From an uncultured Verrucomicrobiae bacterium (GTDB lineage Bacteria; Verrucomicrobiota; Verrucomicrobiia; Palsa-1439): 64,000 nt of DNA. Of the stretch, positions 22,808 to 33,230 are shown one piece after another (the first letter of the stretch is position 1; every line of letters begins with the position of its first letter). The position numbers and the translations under genes are program-made. The stretch is taken from the NCBI GenBank assembly GCA_963812605.1, contig CAWEWF010000010.1, positions 32,001 through 96,000 on the forward strand, given 5' to 3'. The notes under the pieces were generated by a model that made no database searches, had not been told where the DNA came from, and was given only the letters and a program-made list of their open reading frames with translations.

Positions 22808-25781
22808 ATGACTCAGTTGCAAGCTTTCACCCGGATACCTCGGAAACCAACTCCAACCCTCCTTGCAGCCATCATGGCTATCGGATTGCTGGCCGGTGCC
22901 TCGCGCGGTCTGGCGGTCACCATGACCTGGACGAATGGGAACGACGTTTGGAGCAGCCCGACTGCCTGGACGACCAACCAGGCCACCGGCATTGATCCCG
23001 TTGGGCTAACCAACGTCACTTGCTCGGCGGGCGATGTTTCCAACGTCACCGCCACCTGCGTCGGCGGCACGGGTGGTTTCCCTGGAACGGGTGACACGGG
23101 TATGTTCACGAACCTCACGAATCCCAACGTCACTGTCACCAGCTCCACGAACCTCAGCGCCCTGGTTTTCTCGAATGCGTTGGTCACGATGAGTGCCGGC
23201 GTGTCGACGTTGACCGTCACCGGCGCACTCAGGATTGCGACCGACGGTTCTACCAGCGCGACGCTCTATTGGGGGGGCGGGACACTCGCCGTCACGAATG
23301 GAGGCCCGGCTAATGTCCAAGTTGGTACCGGCAGCAACTCTTTTGGCGTTTTGATCGTGACCAATGGAACGGTGATCTATGACCAGAACACTCCTCCCAG
23401 CGTAAGTTTCACAGCTTTTAGCATCGGCAGCGTTGCATCGGCCGGCAAGGTCGTCATCAGCGGTACCGGCGTCGTCACGAATCGCCTTGGAGGGCAAGCC
23501 ACCTTGAACATGTGCGGCAGCCCCACAGCGACCAGCCAATTGATCATTACCAACGGCGGCAAGCTGTTTGGGCAAGGCGCAACGCAGTGCAAGTCGAACA
23601 GTCTGATCCTCGTTTCGGATCCAGGCAGCCTTATATCCAACATCGACACGGCCCCACTCACCGGCAACGGTGTCATCACCATTGGGAGTGGCAACCTGGC
23701 GGGACCCGGCAGCCTGTTGATCGTCAGCAATGGCGCGACAGTATGGGGGCAAGGTACGATCTCCTTCGGCAGAGGCGGTTCCTTTAATACCGGGATGGTC
23801 TGCGGAGCGGGGTCTAAATTGATCGCGGGGCCGACCGGGGGTTTCGTCATTGGCATCACAGGTGGCGCCGGCAACGCTCTGGTTGTTTATAACGGCGGAT
23901 ATCTCAACTCCGGCGGCACCTTTGAAGTCCCCGACGGTGCTCCTTGTCCCAGCAACTCATTTCAAATGGGCGGGGTGGGAGCGATGAGCACCGGCGTGGT
24001 GGTCCACGTTAAAAATAATTCGGGCTCACTGTTCGTTCGATCATCGTGACGAACGCGGTGTTGACCGCGCAGTCAGATAGAAATCGAGGGGGGTCCCACC
24101 AACACCCTGGCTGTCTTGTCCAACGGGACACTCATCTTCAGTAATCAATTTGCCGCGTCCGCCACGTTAACGAATGTCCTGATGGTCGAAAGCTTTACCG
24201 CTGGCGGCGGCAATGCTGTCACAATCAACGCGGGCACTATCAACGCCGTCAGCGGCAGCAACATCTCCCAGATCGTCATTGGATCCAGCGGAAGCCCGGT
24301 GCCGCCCAATGACCATTACCAACGGGGGCAAACTCCTATCGGAATTGGTCGAGATCGGTTCTAGCAGCTCGTATAATACCGGAGTTGTCGCCGGGGTTGG
24401 ATCGGTTTGGTCGAACTTCACCGCCGGAGTCAGCTATATCAACTCAAATAAGATAGCTGTCGGTGTCGGCAGCACGGTGAGTGGCACCCACAACTACTTG
24501 GCTGTTCGTGATGGCGCGAGCCTTGTCAATAACGGCGATCTGCCGATTGGTGACGACGCCTCTTCCACGCTCAACTCGGTCGTCTTCGGCGGTCACGGGG
24601 CGCCCGCCGTGATCATTAACAGTGGAAGCATAAATGTTGGCGCTACCGCCGGGTCGACTGGAAACTCGCTAACAATTTCGAATGCCAGTTTGAATTGCAA
24701 TGAACTCGACGTCGGCGCCGGCACCAACAGGATCAATAACTCGCTTGCCTTTAACGGCGGTACAATCTCCGCCACCTTTGTTGAGATCGGAGGGACAAAC
24801 ACAATTGTCTTCACCGCCGGTACTCTCAGCGCCGGGGGTTCGTTGTTCCATTCCACCGCCAACAATGGCAATGGCGTGGTCGTCGGCGATGGCGTCAGTG
24901 CCGCCTACTACGACATGGCCGCAGGTGGAACGGGCTATCATCAATTTGACTGCCCCGGTCTCGTGGTCACCAACGGCGCTTCCCTGCGCGGCAACGGCAC
25001 GCTTGTCGGCACTGTGAAGGTGCTCGGCACGTTTGTGCCGGGATTCGCCAATGCTGTCGGCTCGATTTTCAGCAGCAATAGCCTTACGTTTGGAAATTCC
25101 GCCGTGCTGGACTACGACCTGGGAACCAATAGTGATTCGGTGACGGTCAGCAACAATCTGGCATTGGGCGGTACGCTCAACATCACCGATGCCGGCGGAT
25201 TTGGCCCTGGTGGCTACACCCTGTTCACGTACGTTGGTTCCGTGAGCGGCACGCTGACCGTCGGCGCCACGCCCAACGGCAGTTTGATCTACGCCATTAA
25301 CACGAACACTATCGGCGCGGTGATCCTGCAAGTGACCGGCGGCAGCGATCCATTCACGACCTGGCAGACACATTACTTCACCGGCAGCCCCTTAAATTCA
25401 GCCCCCGGCGCGGATCCACTCGGCAAGGGCATGAGCAACACCAATCAGTTTCTGGCGGGATTCAATCCCACCAACGCGGCGGCGTACGTCCATATCACCA
25501 GTATCTCCAGGACAAACAGCGGTGCTGATATCCGGGTAGACTACCTGGGCGCCAGCGGCGATAGCACCTATTCGCCGGGCTTCGCGTCCCGCACCAACGT
25601 GCTGGAGTTCACCACGGGCACAGCCAACGGCAGCTACAACAGCAACAACTTCGCCAGCACCGGTGTCAGCAACATCCTCGGCGGCGGTGTTGGACTTGGC
25701 ACGTTAACGAACATGGTTGATCCGGGTGGGGCGACCAACACGCCGTCGCGGTACTATCGGGTTCGCGTGCTGGTACCGTAA
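22808..25781 (+). CDS. Large secreted beta-strand-repeat (autotransporter-passenger-like) protein with conserved C-terminal domain; frameshifted at about 24030-24310
   Basis: Signal peptide; repeated L.I.NGG/V.G.GS.W units; DYDLGTNSDSVTV...GGTLNI...GFGPG.YTLF; ends SRYYRVRVLVP; no beta-barrel. Confidence 0.8.
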
Positions 25782-25815
25782 CATGCTCACGGACAGTTTC
25801 TAGTGCTGTTGAATT

Positions 25816-27538
25816 ATGCGTCCCAATCGGGCCACGTTCGCCTTGGTTCTCTCGGTGCCGCTCTGGCTCGCCGGCGCGACGTCGTGGGCGCTTGACCCCA
25901 GCCAGCCGCCCAGCGGCAACTTTGATTTAAGCCATTGGAAGCTTCAACTCCCCACTTTAAACGGCGTCCTCACCTGTTCCGCCGGAAGCGTGGATGAGGT
26001 AAAACCCGGCGCAGCTGGCAGGCTTTACCAACACGTATTTTTACACCGGATCAGATGGCTCGATGGTTTTCTGGGCGCCGATCAACGGCGCGACGACGAG
26101 TGGTACCACGAATCCGCGCTCCGAATTGCGCGAGGAATTGTCTCCTGGTTCCGACAGCCTGAACTGGATCCTCTCCGGCACACATATTCTGGACGGGCAG
26201 TGCAAGGTGCTGCAGGTGTCCAGCGCCAAGAAAGTCATCATCGGTCAAATCCACGGTGAAAGCGGCGCCGCCCTGCCAACAGTCAAAATCTACTACAGCA
26301 ACGGCAGGGCCTACGGGACCGTCAAGACCAACTCAACTGACGACAGCAGTGACTTTCAGTTTCCGTCTGTGACCGTGGCATTGAGCAATAGTATCACGTA
26401 CGAAATCAAGGTCGTGAACGGCCTCATTTCGGTCGCAATCAACGGCAAGACCAATTCGCTACAACGTTTTCCAGTCCGACCCGAATTACACGAATGAAAC
26501 GCAGTATTTCAAAGCCGGGGATTATTGTCAGGACTTCTCGTGCTCAAACCCGTCCAACGATGGCACAAGGGTTGCGTTTTACGCCGTGACCCTGTTCCAC
26601 GCGCCGAGCATCACCAACCAGCCCGCCAGCCAGAGCGTTACGGCGGGCAGCAATGTGACCTTCTCGGTAGGCGCGCTCGGCAACCCGCCGCTGAAGTACA
26701 CCTGGCGGTTGAACAGCACACCCATTAACAATGCGACCAACGCCACGCTTGCGATTCCGAATGCGCAGCTCGACCAACGCCGGCACATACTCGGTAATTG
26801 TCACCGATCTTGTCGGCAGCGTCACCAGCAGCAACGCCACGTTGACCGTGAACACGCCTGCGCCCGTGGCCAGTTTCACGGCCAGTCCAACCAATGGAGC
26901 GGCGCCATTGAATGTGAGCTTCACGGACAACTCATCCGGTTCAATCACCGGCTGGGCCTGGGTGTTTGGCAACGGCAATACCTCGACCAGTCAGAGCCCG
27001 CTTAATAGTTATACGAACCCCGGCGCTTACACGGTGCGGGAGATCGTTAGCGGCGCGGGCGGGTCCGCTACCAGCACGGTGGCAAATTTGATCGGCGTCT
27101 ATGACCCGTTTGCGTGGTGGCAGCTCCAGTATTTCGGCAGCACCAACAACAACGCGAACACTGCACCCGGGCGGGGACTACACCGGTACCGGCATGAGCA
27201 ACACGAACAAGTTCCTGGCCAGCTTCAACCCGACGAACCCGGCGGCGTACCTGCACATCCTGAGCATTACCAACGCAAATGGCACGGACATCAACGTGAT
27301 TTATCTGGGGGCCAATGGCGACAGCACCTGGTCGCCGGGCATTGCGTCGCGCACGAACGTGTTGGAGTTCACTGTGGGCCTGAGCGATGGCAGCTACTCG
27401 AGCAACTTCGTAAGTGCCAACGTAACCAATATTCTCGGTGGGGGGACCGGCGCCGGTATCGTGACGAACATGATCGATGCAGGCGGCGCGACCAATGCGC
27501 CCTCGCGGTACTACCGGGTCCGCGTGTTGGTGCCATGA
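25816..27538 (+). CDS. Secreted PL7 polysaccharide (alginate-type) lyase + Ig + PKD + conserved C-terminal domain; frameshifted
   Basis: NFDLSHWKLQLP, PRSELRE, IGQIHG and YFKAG motifs; PSITNQPASQ Ig domain; PVASFTASPTNGAAPL PKD domain; ends SRYYRVRVLVP. Confidence 0.85.
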
Positions 27539-27677
27539 ACTTTACGTGTTAGAGTGCAGCCGTGAGGACGGAACGGCAAATAAACCGAAAAAACAAAGCC
27601 GCGTGTAAAGGGCGGTTGAAAAGTGCGGCGGGTGAGCGTGGCGGTCCAAAAGTGCGGCATCCTGATAGAACAGGAGG

Positions 27678-29183
27678 ATGTATCGCAATATGGAACTATG
27701 GACCGAGATTCGTCGACGAGTGCTGGTAGAGGGTGTCAGTAAACGGCAGATTCTCCGGGAAACGGGGATGCATTGGAGCACCCTCAAGAAGATTCTCACG
27801 AATAGTGCGCCGCCGGGGTATCGCCAAAGCCAACCACGTCCCCAACCCAAAATCGGACCGTATCGGGACCGCATTCAGCAGATCCTGATGGCCGACCGCG
27901 AACTTCCCCGTAAGCAGCGCCATACCGCCAAACGCATTTGGGAGCGGCTTCAAGAAGAAGGCTACACCGGCGGTTACACTGCCGTGAAGGAGGCGGTGCG
28001 GGAGACTGAGCAGCAGAACCAGGAGGTGTTTATCCCGTTGGTGCATCGGCCGGGCGAGGCGCAGGTGGACTTTGGTGAGGCGTTGGTGCGGCTGGGCGGC
28101 AAGTTGCGCGTGGTGAAGTTCTTCCTGATGGCGCTGCCCTACAGCGACGCGTTCTTTGTGATGGCCTTTGAGCGGGAATGCACGGAGACCTTTGGGGAAG
28201 GTCACGTGCAGGCGTTCCACTTCTTCGGTGGCGTGCCGCGGCGGATCAGCTACGACAACACGCGCATCGCGGTGACGCAGATCATCGGGACAGGACGGGC
28301 GCGCAAGCTCACCACGGGGTTCTTGCAACTCCAGAGTCATTACCTGTTTGCGCACCATTTCTGCCGGGTCCGGCGGGCCAACGAGAAGGGCGTGGTCGAG
28401 GGTGGTGTGAAGTTTGCGCGGCTGAACTTCTTCGTGCCGGTCCCGCAGGTGCGCGACTTCGACGAACTCAACACCTATCTGCTCCGATGCAGCCAGGAGG
28501 ATCTGTCTCGGCGCTTGCGTGGACACACCGGGACGAAAGCGGAATTGCTGGCTCATGACCGGGAGGCGTTTCTGCCACTCCCGGCGGTGCCGTTCGTCGC
28601 CTGTCGGAACACGTCCACCACGGCCAGTTCGTTGTCACTGGTGCGATTCGACGACAACGATTACTCAGTGCCAGTGCGTCGGGCGCACCATCCGGTAGTG
28701 GTGCATGGGGACTACCGGGAAGTGGTCCTCTGTGCGGGCGGCCAGGAAGTGGCGCGACACCGGCGTATCTGGGAGCGGGAACAAGTCAGCTTTGAGCCGC
28801 TGCATTACTTGGCGTTGTTGGAGCGCAAACCCGGGGCGCTGGATCATGCCCGGCCGCTGGCCGGTTGGGAGTTACCCGAGTGTTTCGCCACGCTGCGGCG
28901 TCGTCTGGAGAACGAGCGGGCGGGCGACGGCACACGGGAATACATCCGGGTGTTGCGGTTGCTGGAGAAGCATTCCTTGGCCGAGGTTCGCCGGGCGGTC
29001 GAACAAGCCTTGCGGGTGGGTGCGGTGACCCGCGATGCCGTGGCCCAGTTTCTGTGGCCGCCAGAACCGTGGCGAGCCACCGTGTTTCGGCTCGATGGGT
29101 ATCCGCACCTGCGGCATGTACAGGTGGCCGCCGCGGATCTGAACGAGTATCGCAGCCTGCTGTGCGCGGGAGGTGTCCGATGA
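27678..29183 (+). CDS. istA: IS21 transposase IstA
   Basis: PGEAQVDFG, FFGGVPRRISYDN and NEKGVVE DDE motifs. Confidence 0.95.
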   Translation: MYRNMELWTEIRRRVLVEGVSKRQILRETGMHWSTLKKILTNSAPPGYRQSQPRPQPKIGPYRDRIQQILMADRELPRKQRHTAKRIWERLQEEGYTGGYTAVKEAVRETEQQNQEVFIPLVHRPGEAQVDFGEALVRLGGKLRVVKFFLMALPYSDAFFVMAFERECTETFGEGHVQAFHFFGGVPRRISYDNTRIAVTQIIGTGRARKLTTGFLQLQSHYLFAHHFCRVRRANEKGVVEGGVKFARLNFFVPVPQVRDFDELNTYLLRCSQEDLSRRLRGHTGTKAELLAHDREAFLPLPAVPFVACRNTSTTASSLSLVRFDDNDYSVPVRRAHHPVVVHGDYREVVLCAGGQEVARHRRIWEREQVSFEPLHYLALLERKPGALDHARPLAGWELPECFATLRRRLENERAGDGTREYIRVLRLLEKHSLAEVRRAVEQALRVGAVTRDAVAQFLWPPEPWRATVFRLDGYPHLRHVQVAAADLNEYRSLLCAGGVR

Positions 29184-29950
29184 GCAAGGAGCCCTCGACG
29201 CTATTGTTGGAGCATCATCTCAAGGCACTGAAACTGCCGACGATGCTGCGCGACTACACGGCGGTGGCGGCCGTCTGTAGTCAGGAGCGCAGCGTGTATG
29301 CGGAGTTTCTGCTGCGGTTGACGGAGCGGGAACTGATCGAACGGGAACGCCGCGCCGCCGAGCGTCGTCTCAAGGAGGCGCAGTTCCCCGTGGTCAAGAC
29401 GATCGACAGCTTCGACTTCACCGCGCAGCCCTCGCTCAACGCCGCCTTGGTGCGCGAGTTGTTAGGCGGAGAGTACCTCGTGGGCAAAGAGAACGTGCTG
29501 CTGGTCGGCAACCCGGGTACGGGCAAAACACATCTGGCGATTGCGTTGGGGTTCGCCGCTTGTGCCCAAGGCCGCCGCGTGCGCTTCAGCACGGTCACGG
29601 CGCTGGTGACGGTGTTGCTGGAAGCCCGCGAGGAACGGAGCCTGCAACGCATCTACCGCCAACTGGAGCGCGTGCACCTGCTGATCTTGGACGAGCTGGG
29701 GTATGTGCCCTTCTCCAAAGCCGGAGCGGAGTTGCTCTTTGACGTCGTCAGTCGCTGTTACGAGCGGACCAGTCTGATCGTGACGACGAATCTGCCGTTT
29801 GAGCAGTGGCCGGAAGTGCTGGGCAGCGAACGCCTGACCGGGGCGCTGCTGGATCGGCTGACGCATCGGGTGCACATCCTGGAAGCCAACGGGGAAAGTT
29901 ATCGGCTCAAACAAGCCAAAGCACGGCAGCGAAATAAACCACGCAACTGA
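29180..29950 (+). CDS. istB: IS21 helper ATPase IstB
   Basis: LKALKLP, GNPGTGKTHLA, LILDELGY, TTNLPF and ALLDRLTH motifs; ATGA overlap with istA. Confidence 0.95.
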   Translation: MSKEPSTLLLEHHLKALKLPTMLRDYTAVAAVCSQERSVYAEFLLRLTERELIERERRAAERRLKEAQFPVVKTIDSFDFTAQPSLNAALVRELLGGEYLVGKENVLLVGNPGTGKTHLAIALGFAACAQGRRVRFSTVTALVTVLLEAREERSLQRIYRQLERVHLLILDELGYVPFSKAGAELLFDVVSRCYERTSLIVTTNLPFEQWPEVLGSERLTGALLDRLTHRVHILEANGESYRLKQAKARQRNKPRN

Positions 29951-29961
29951 CCAGCGAAAAA

Positions 29962-29987
29962 TTGCCCTTCCCCTCGGGGAAGGGCAA
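29962..29987. terminator. Perfect hairpin after istB
   Basis: ttgcccttccc-ctcg-gggaagggcaa. Confidence 0.55.
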
Positions 29988-30116
29988 ACAGGAAACCAAC
30001 ACCCCTCTTTAACTCACACACACCCTTGACGCCGCCCACCGATTACAGTATCAACCAACCACTGGGTGCCGCACTTTTGGAGCGCCACCCGCTGCACTAT
30101 CTGACCGCCCTTTACA

Positions 30117-31645
30117 GCTTCGGCGTAGTCGGGGTCGATGCGCAGCGCCTGCTCCCAATGTCCGATTGCCTCCGACAGTTTACCCTGTCGAAGCAACGCT
30201 CCCGCCATATTATAGTGCACTGGGGCGGAATTGGGTTGGAACCGTAGCGCCTGCTCGAAATGCGCCGCCGCCTCCGGCACCTCGCCCAGTTCGAGCAGGG
30301 TGTTGCCCAGATTGTTGTGCGCCTCGGCGTAATCGGGCTTGAGCCGTAGTGCCATTTCGAAGTGCGAGATCGCCTCTCTTGGGTCACGCTGCTGAAATGC
30401 AACCCCAAGGCCGTTGTGCGCCACCCATGCCCTGGGATTTCTTTCGAGCGCGACGGTCCACAGCGTCTCTGGATCCCTGTAGATCTGGTTTTGGCGCCAA
30501 GTTAGTGAGGCCAACAGAACAACAACAACGGCGGCAAAGATTTGGATCATCCCACGGATCGCGCCCTGGCAAGCGCGGCACATTCGTGCTCCTGCGGCGA
30601 CAATGGGGGCGATGACTCCAATCAATGAAAAATAGAGGAAGCGGTCCGCCACCGGTGATACCGCCGCGTACGACATATTGATAACGCCCAACACCGGAAA
30701 AAGCATTGCGAGGAAATAACCGCTGGCGAACAGAAGCGGTCTACCCCAACCTTGGCGGTATCGCCAAAATATCCCGAGACATCCGAGCACGATCAAACTC
30801 GGCAGGCAGGCGAGGGGCGATGACATGTCGACTCTCCACTGGGGATAAATCGTCATCAGATGAACCGGCACCAGCGCCTTCCACAGATAGAACCAGCACG
30901 CCCATCCCGCGCCGGCCACGCGTAAGGCAAGACTCCTGTGGAGAATTTGCTGCGCCATCACTGTCCGGGACTGAAACCAAATGGTGACGAATCCCGTCGC
31001 CACTGAAAGCGCAAAAAACGGGAGCAATCGCAACAGGTCGGCGCGGCCAACCTTCCCTCTTCTCCACCACGCGCAGAGCAGCAGCACAACCGGCAGGGGG
31101 ACAACCGAAGTCTTGCTCAATAGAGCCAGCGTAAAGGTTCCCACCGCCAGCCAGTACCAGCGCCCGCGGCTCGTGTCTTCAAACCTCAGGTACCATAGAA
31201 GGGTCAACGCAAACAAGAACATCGAGAGCGTATTCTTTTGTTCGGCAATCCAGGCCACCGATTCCGCGTTGACGGGATGCACGGCAAACACTGCGGCGGC
31301 CAACCAGGCTGCCGGAATCTTGAGCCTCGCCATTACCCGCCACCAGAGCACCGCGTTCAACGCGTGCAGGACCACGTTGACCAGATGATAACCGAACGGT
31401 TTTTTTTGCCACACGCGCCACTCCAACCACCATGTCGTTGAGGTCAGCGGCCAGTAATCCGTGGGCTGCGTAGTGCACCAGAATCGATACAGGCCGTCGG
31501 ATGCCTTGATCAAGTGATTGTTCACCAAGAGATTGTCATCGTCCCAGACGAACCTGCACCGCAGCGCGGGGATATACGCCACGAGCGTCAGCAGGATGAT
31601 GAGAGCGGCACCTGCGCCCCATGATCTCCACACGTTCTTCATCAA
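30117..31645 (-). CDS. TMTC-like GT-C membrane glycosyltransferase with C-terminal TPRs, truncated by IS21
   Basis: FVWDD, YWPL, FAVHPVNAESVAWIAEQK, LLSK and VADRFLY motifs; TPRs (PDYAEAHNNLG). The frame runs into the IS end right after DYAEA. Confidence 0.85.
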
Positions 31646-31900
31646 GTTCCCAACTAATTACCGAGCGCCGCATTTTGAACCAGGGTACGGAGTTTGTCTA
31701 TGCCCGGCGCTAAGAGGTCAAACTCGCGCGGCCAAATGGGCGGGCTGAATGACAAGGTACTGGAATCGTGTTCACAGTGGGTAGCGCACCGCCGGTGATC
31801 GGTTTTTCGTTGGGCGACGAACCGGAAGAAGTTAAAGTTGGTGCGACTGAACACCTGGCTGCACAACAGGGAAGAAAGCAGTCGCGCGACATCCTGAAAT

Positions 31901-31941
31901 GAATATTCCACACCGGCCCTTCGGGCCGGTGTGGAATATTC
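31901..31941. terminator. 19-bp perfect inverted repeat downstream of the PEP-CTERM gene
   Basis: gaatattccacaccggccc-ttc-gggccggtgtggaatattc. Confidence 0.7.
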
Positions 31942-31968
31942 GGGCTGAACTCCAAGCCGTTGCTTCTG

Positions 31969-32859
31969 TCAACGCGAACGGCGGCTGCGTCTCAACATCC
32001 CAACCAAAAGCAAACCGCCTGTGCCCAGCAAGGCGAAGGTGGAAGGCTCGGGAATCGCCGACAATTGAATGTTATCAACCAGGAAGTCGATGCCGGTGAC
32101 GGCGCTTGAGCCGCCGGTCACAAGCCCCAAACGGCCCAGGGTGCCGTTGCTGTAAAAGCCGGCGCTTTGGAACCCATAATCACCATCGACGGTGGTGTTT
32201 GTGGACGGCTGCGCCAAGATACCGTTGATATAGACGGCAAAGGAATGGGGATCCAGAACACGCGCCACGTTGTCGGGTCCCGTGTAGCCGAACGTAGCGC
32301 CCCCGGTCGTGCCTGCGTAGGCATAGACGTCGAGTGTATTGGTGTTGAACGTCGTGCCCGCTTCTCCGAAGCTATTGCTCCCGCTCACAGCGGCCGAGAC
32401 GAATCCGCCACCCGCGTTCTGTGTCCCAACGTCGATTCGGTAGCTGCCGTCGTTGAAGAGGCGAATGACGGCTGCACGGTTGGCAGACGTGGTCTGGTTC
32501 AGCCCATTCGAGCCCAGGGACACATACAAGCCTTGTGTGCTGGTGGCGGGTGTAATATTTGCGTTGCGTGTGAAAGTCAATGAGAGGTGGAGGTCGCCGT
32601 CCGGAGGCGTGAAATCCTCTTGCAGCTGGGCGCTGGCAGTTGCCGAATTATCCAACATATCCACCTGGTTGTTGCCTGATACATTGGTAACAATCGCACC
32701 GAGGGTTCCCAGTGTCGGGGTGGCAGGGCTCACCGCAGTCCAGCCGGTCGGGCTGGAACCGGGCGTATCCCCGGTAAAGTTATCGGAAAATATGACTTGC
32801 GCCTCGCTTGAGCAAGCGACCAGACATGCGACGGCAATGAGTGAGATGTGGAGTTTCAT
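31969..32859 (-). CDS. PEP-CTERM sorting-domain surface protein
   Basis: Signal peptide; C-terminal IPEPSTFALLGTGGLLLVGMLRRSRRSR. Confidence 0.9.
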   Translation of the reverse strand: MKLHISLIAVACLVACSSEAQVIFSDNFTGDTPGSSPTGWTAVSPATPTLGTLGAIVTNVSGNNQVDMLDNSATASAQLQEDFTPPDGDLHLSLTFTRNANITPATSTQGLYVSLGSNGLNQTTSANRAAVIRLFNDGSYRIDVGTQNAGGGFVSAAVSGSNSFGEAGTTFNTNTLDVYAYAGTTGGATFGYTGPDNVARVLDPHSFAVYINGILAQPSTNTTVDGDYGFQSAGFYSNGTLGRLGLVTGGSSAVTGIDFLVDNIQLSAIPEPSTFALLGTGGLLLVGMLRRSRRSR

Positions 32860-33089
32860 GGCTTAATCCTTCTTGTTGGTTAGTGATGAGAGTAATCTCG
32901 CGCCGTTTGTTGGTGATTGGTTAACGATTACCTCTTCATAGTCGACACGAAGGGAATAGCTCCGCCGAATGTCTCGCCCTTGCGCGCTGATGCCCTCGCT
33001 CTGGCTGTTCGCTGCGGAAAGTTTCTCGCCCTTCATATTACCCTCGCCGTCATGTCCCTGAGTCAACTCGCTTTGGCTCTGGAACTGTG

Positions 33090-33122
33090 CTTATAATTAT
33101 TAAGTTTCATGAAGAAATGCAA
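33090..33122 (-). promoter_or_regulatory. Putative promoter/operator: TTGCAT followed by CTTAATAATTATAAG
   Basis: Same architecture as the sites at 18653 and 22475; upstream of the PEP-CTERM gene. Confidence 0.5.
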
Positions 33123-33230
33123 GAACAATCTTGGAGGCCTTTACAAATGGCTGGTACACGGAAGCTTGCGTAAACGTAAAAAGACGGCGAATCCCAAAGT
33201 CCAGGAGCGAAGCGTGGGCAAGAAATTATG

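Larger units (their letters stand above)
27604..30116 (+). mobile_element. Complete IS21-family insertion sequence (about 2.5 kb)
   Basis: IRL tgtaaagggcggttgaaaagtgcggcgggtg; IRR (reverse complement) tgtaaagggcggtcagatagtgcagcgggtg; internal ccaaaagtgcggca sub-repeats at both ends; istA and istB inside. Confidence 0.95.

Noticed and set aside
22808-25781. Classical autotransporter
   Set aside because: Passenger-like repeats are present, but there is no C-terminal beta-barrel ending in an aromatic residue.
25347-27538. Similar 3' ends of two genes as a DGR template/variable repeat pair
   Set aside because: Differences are not adenine-specific, both copies are coding, and no reverse transcriptase is in the window.
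28865-29179. 361-aa IstB with an N-terminal extension
   Set aside because: The extension overlaps istA; the real start is the ATG at 29180 after the RBS ggaggt.
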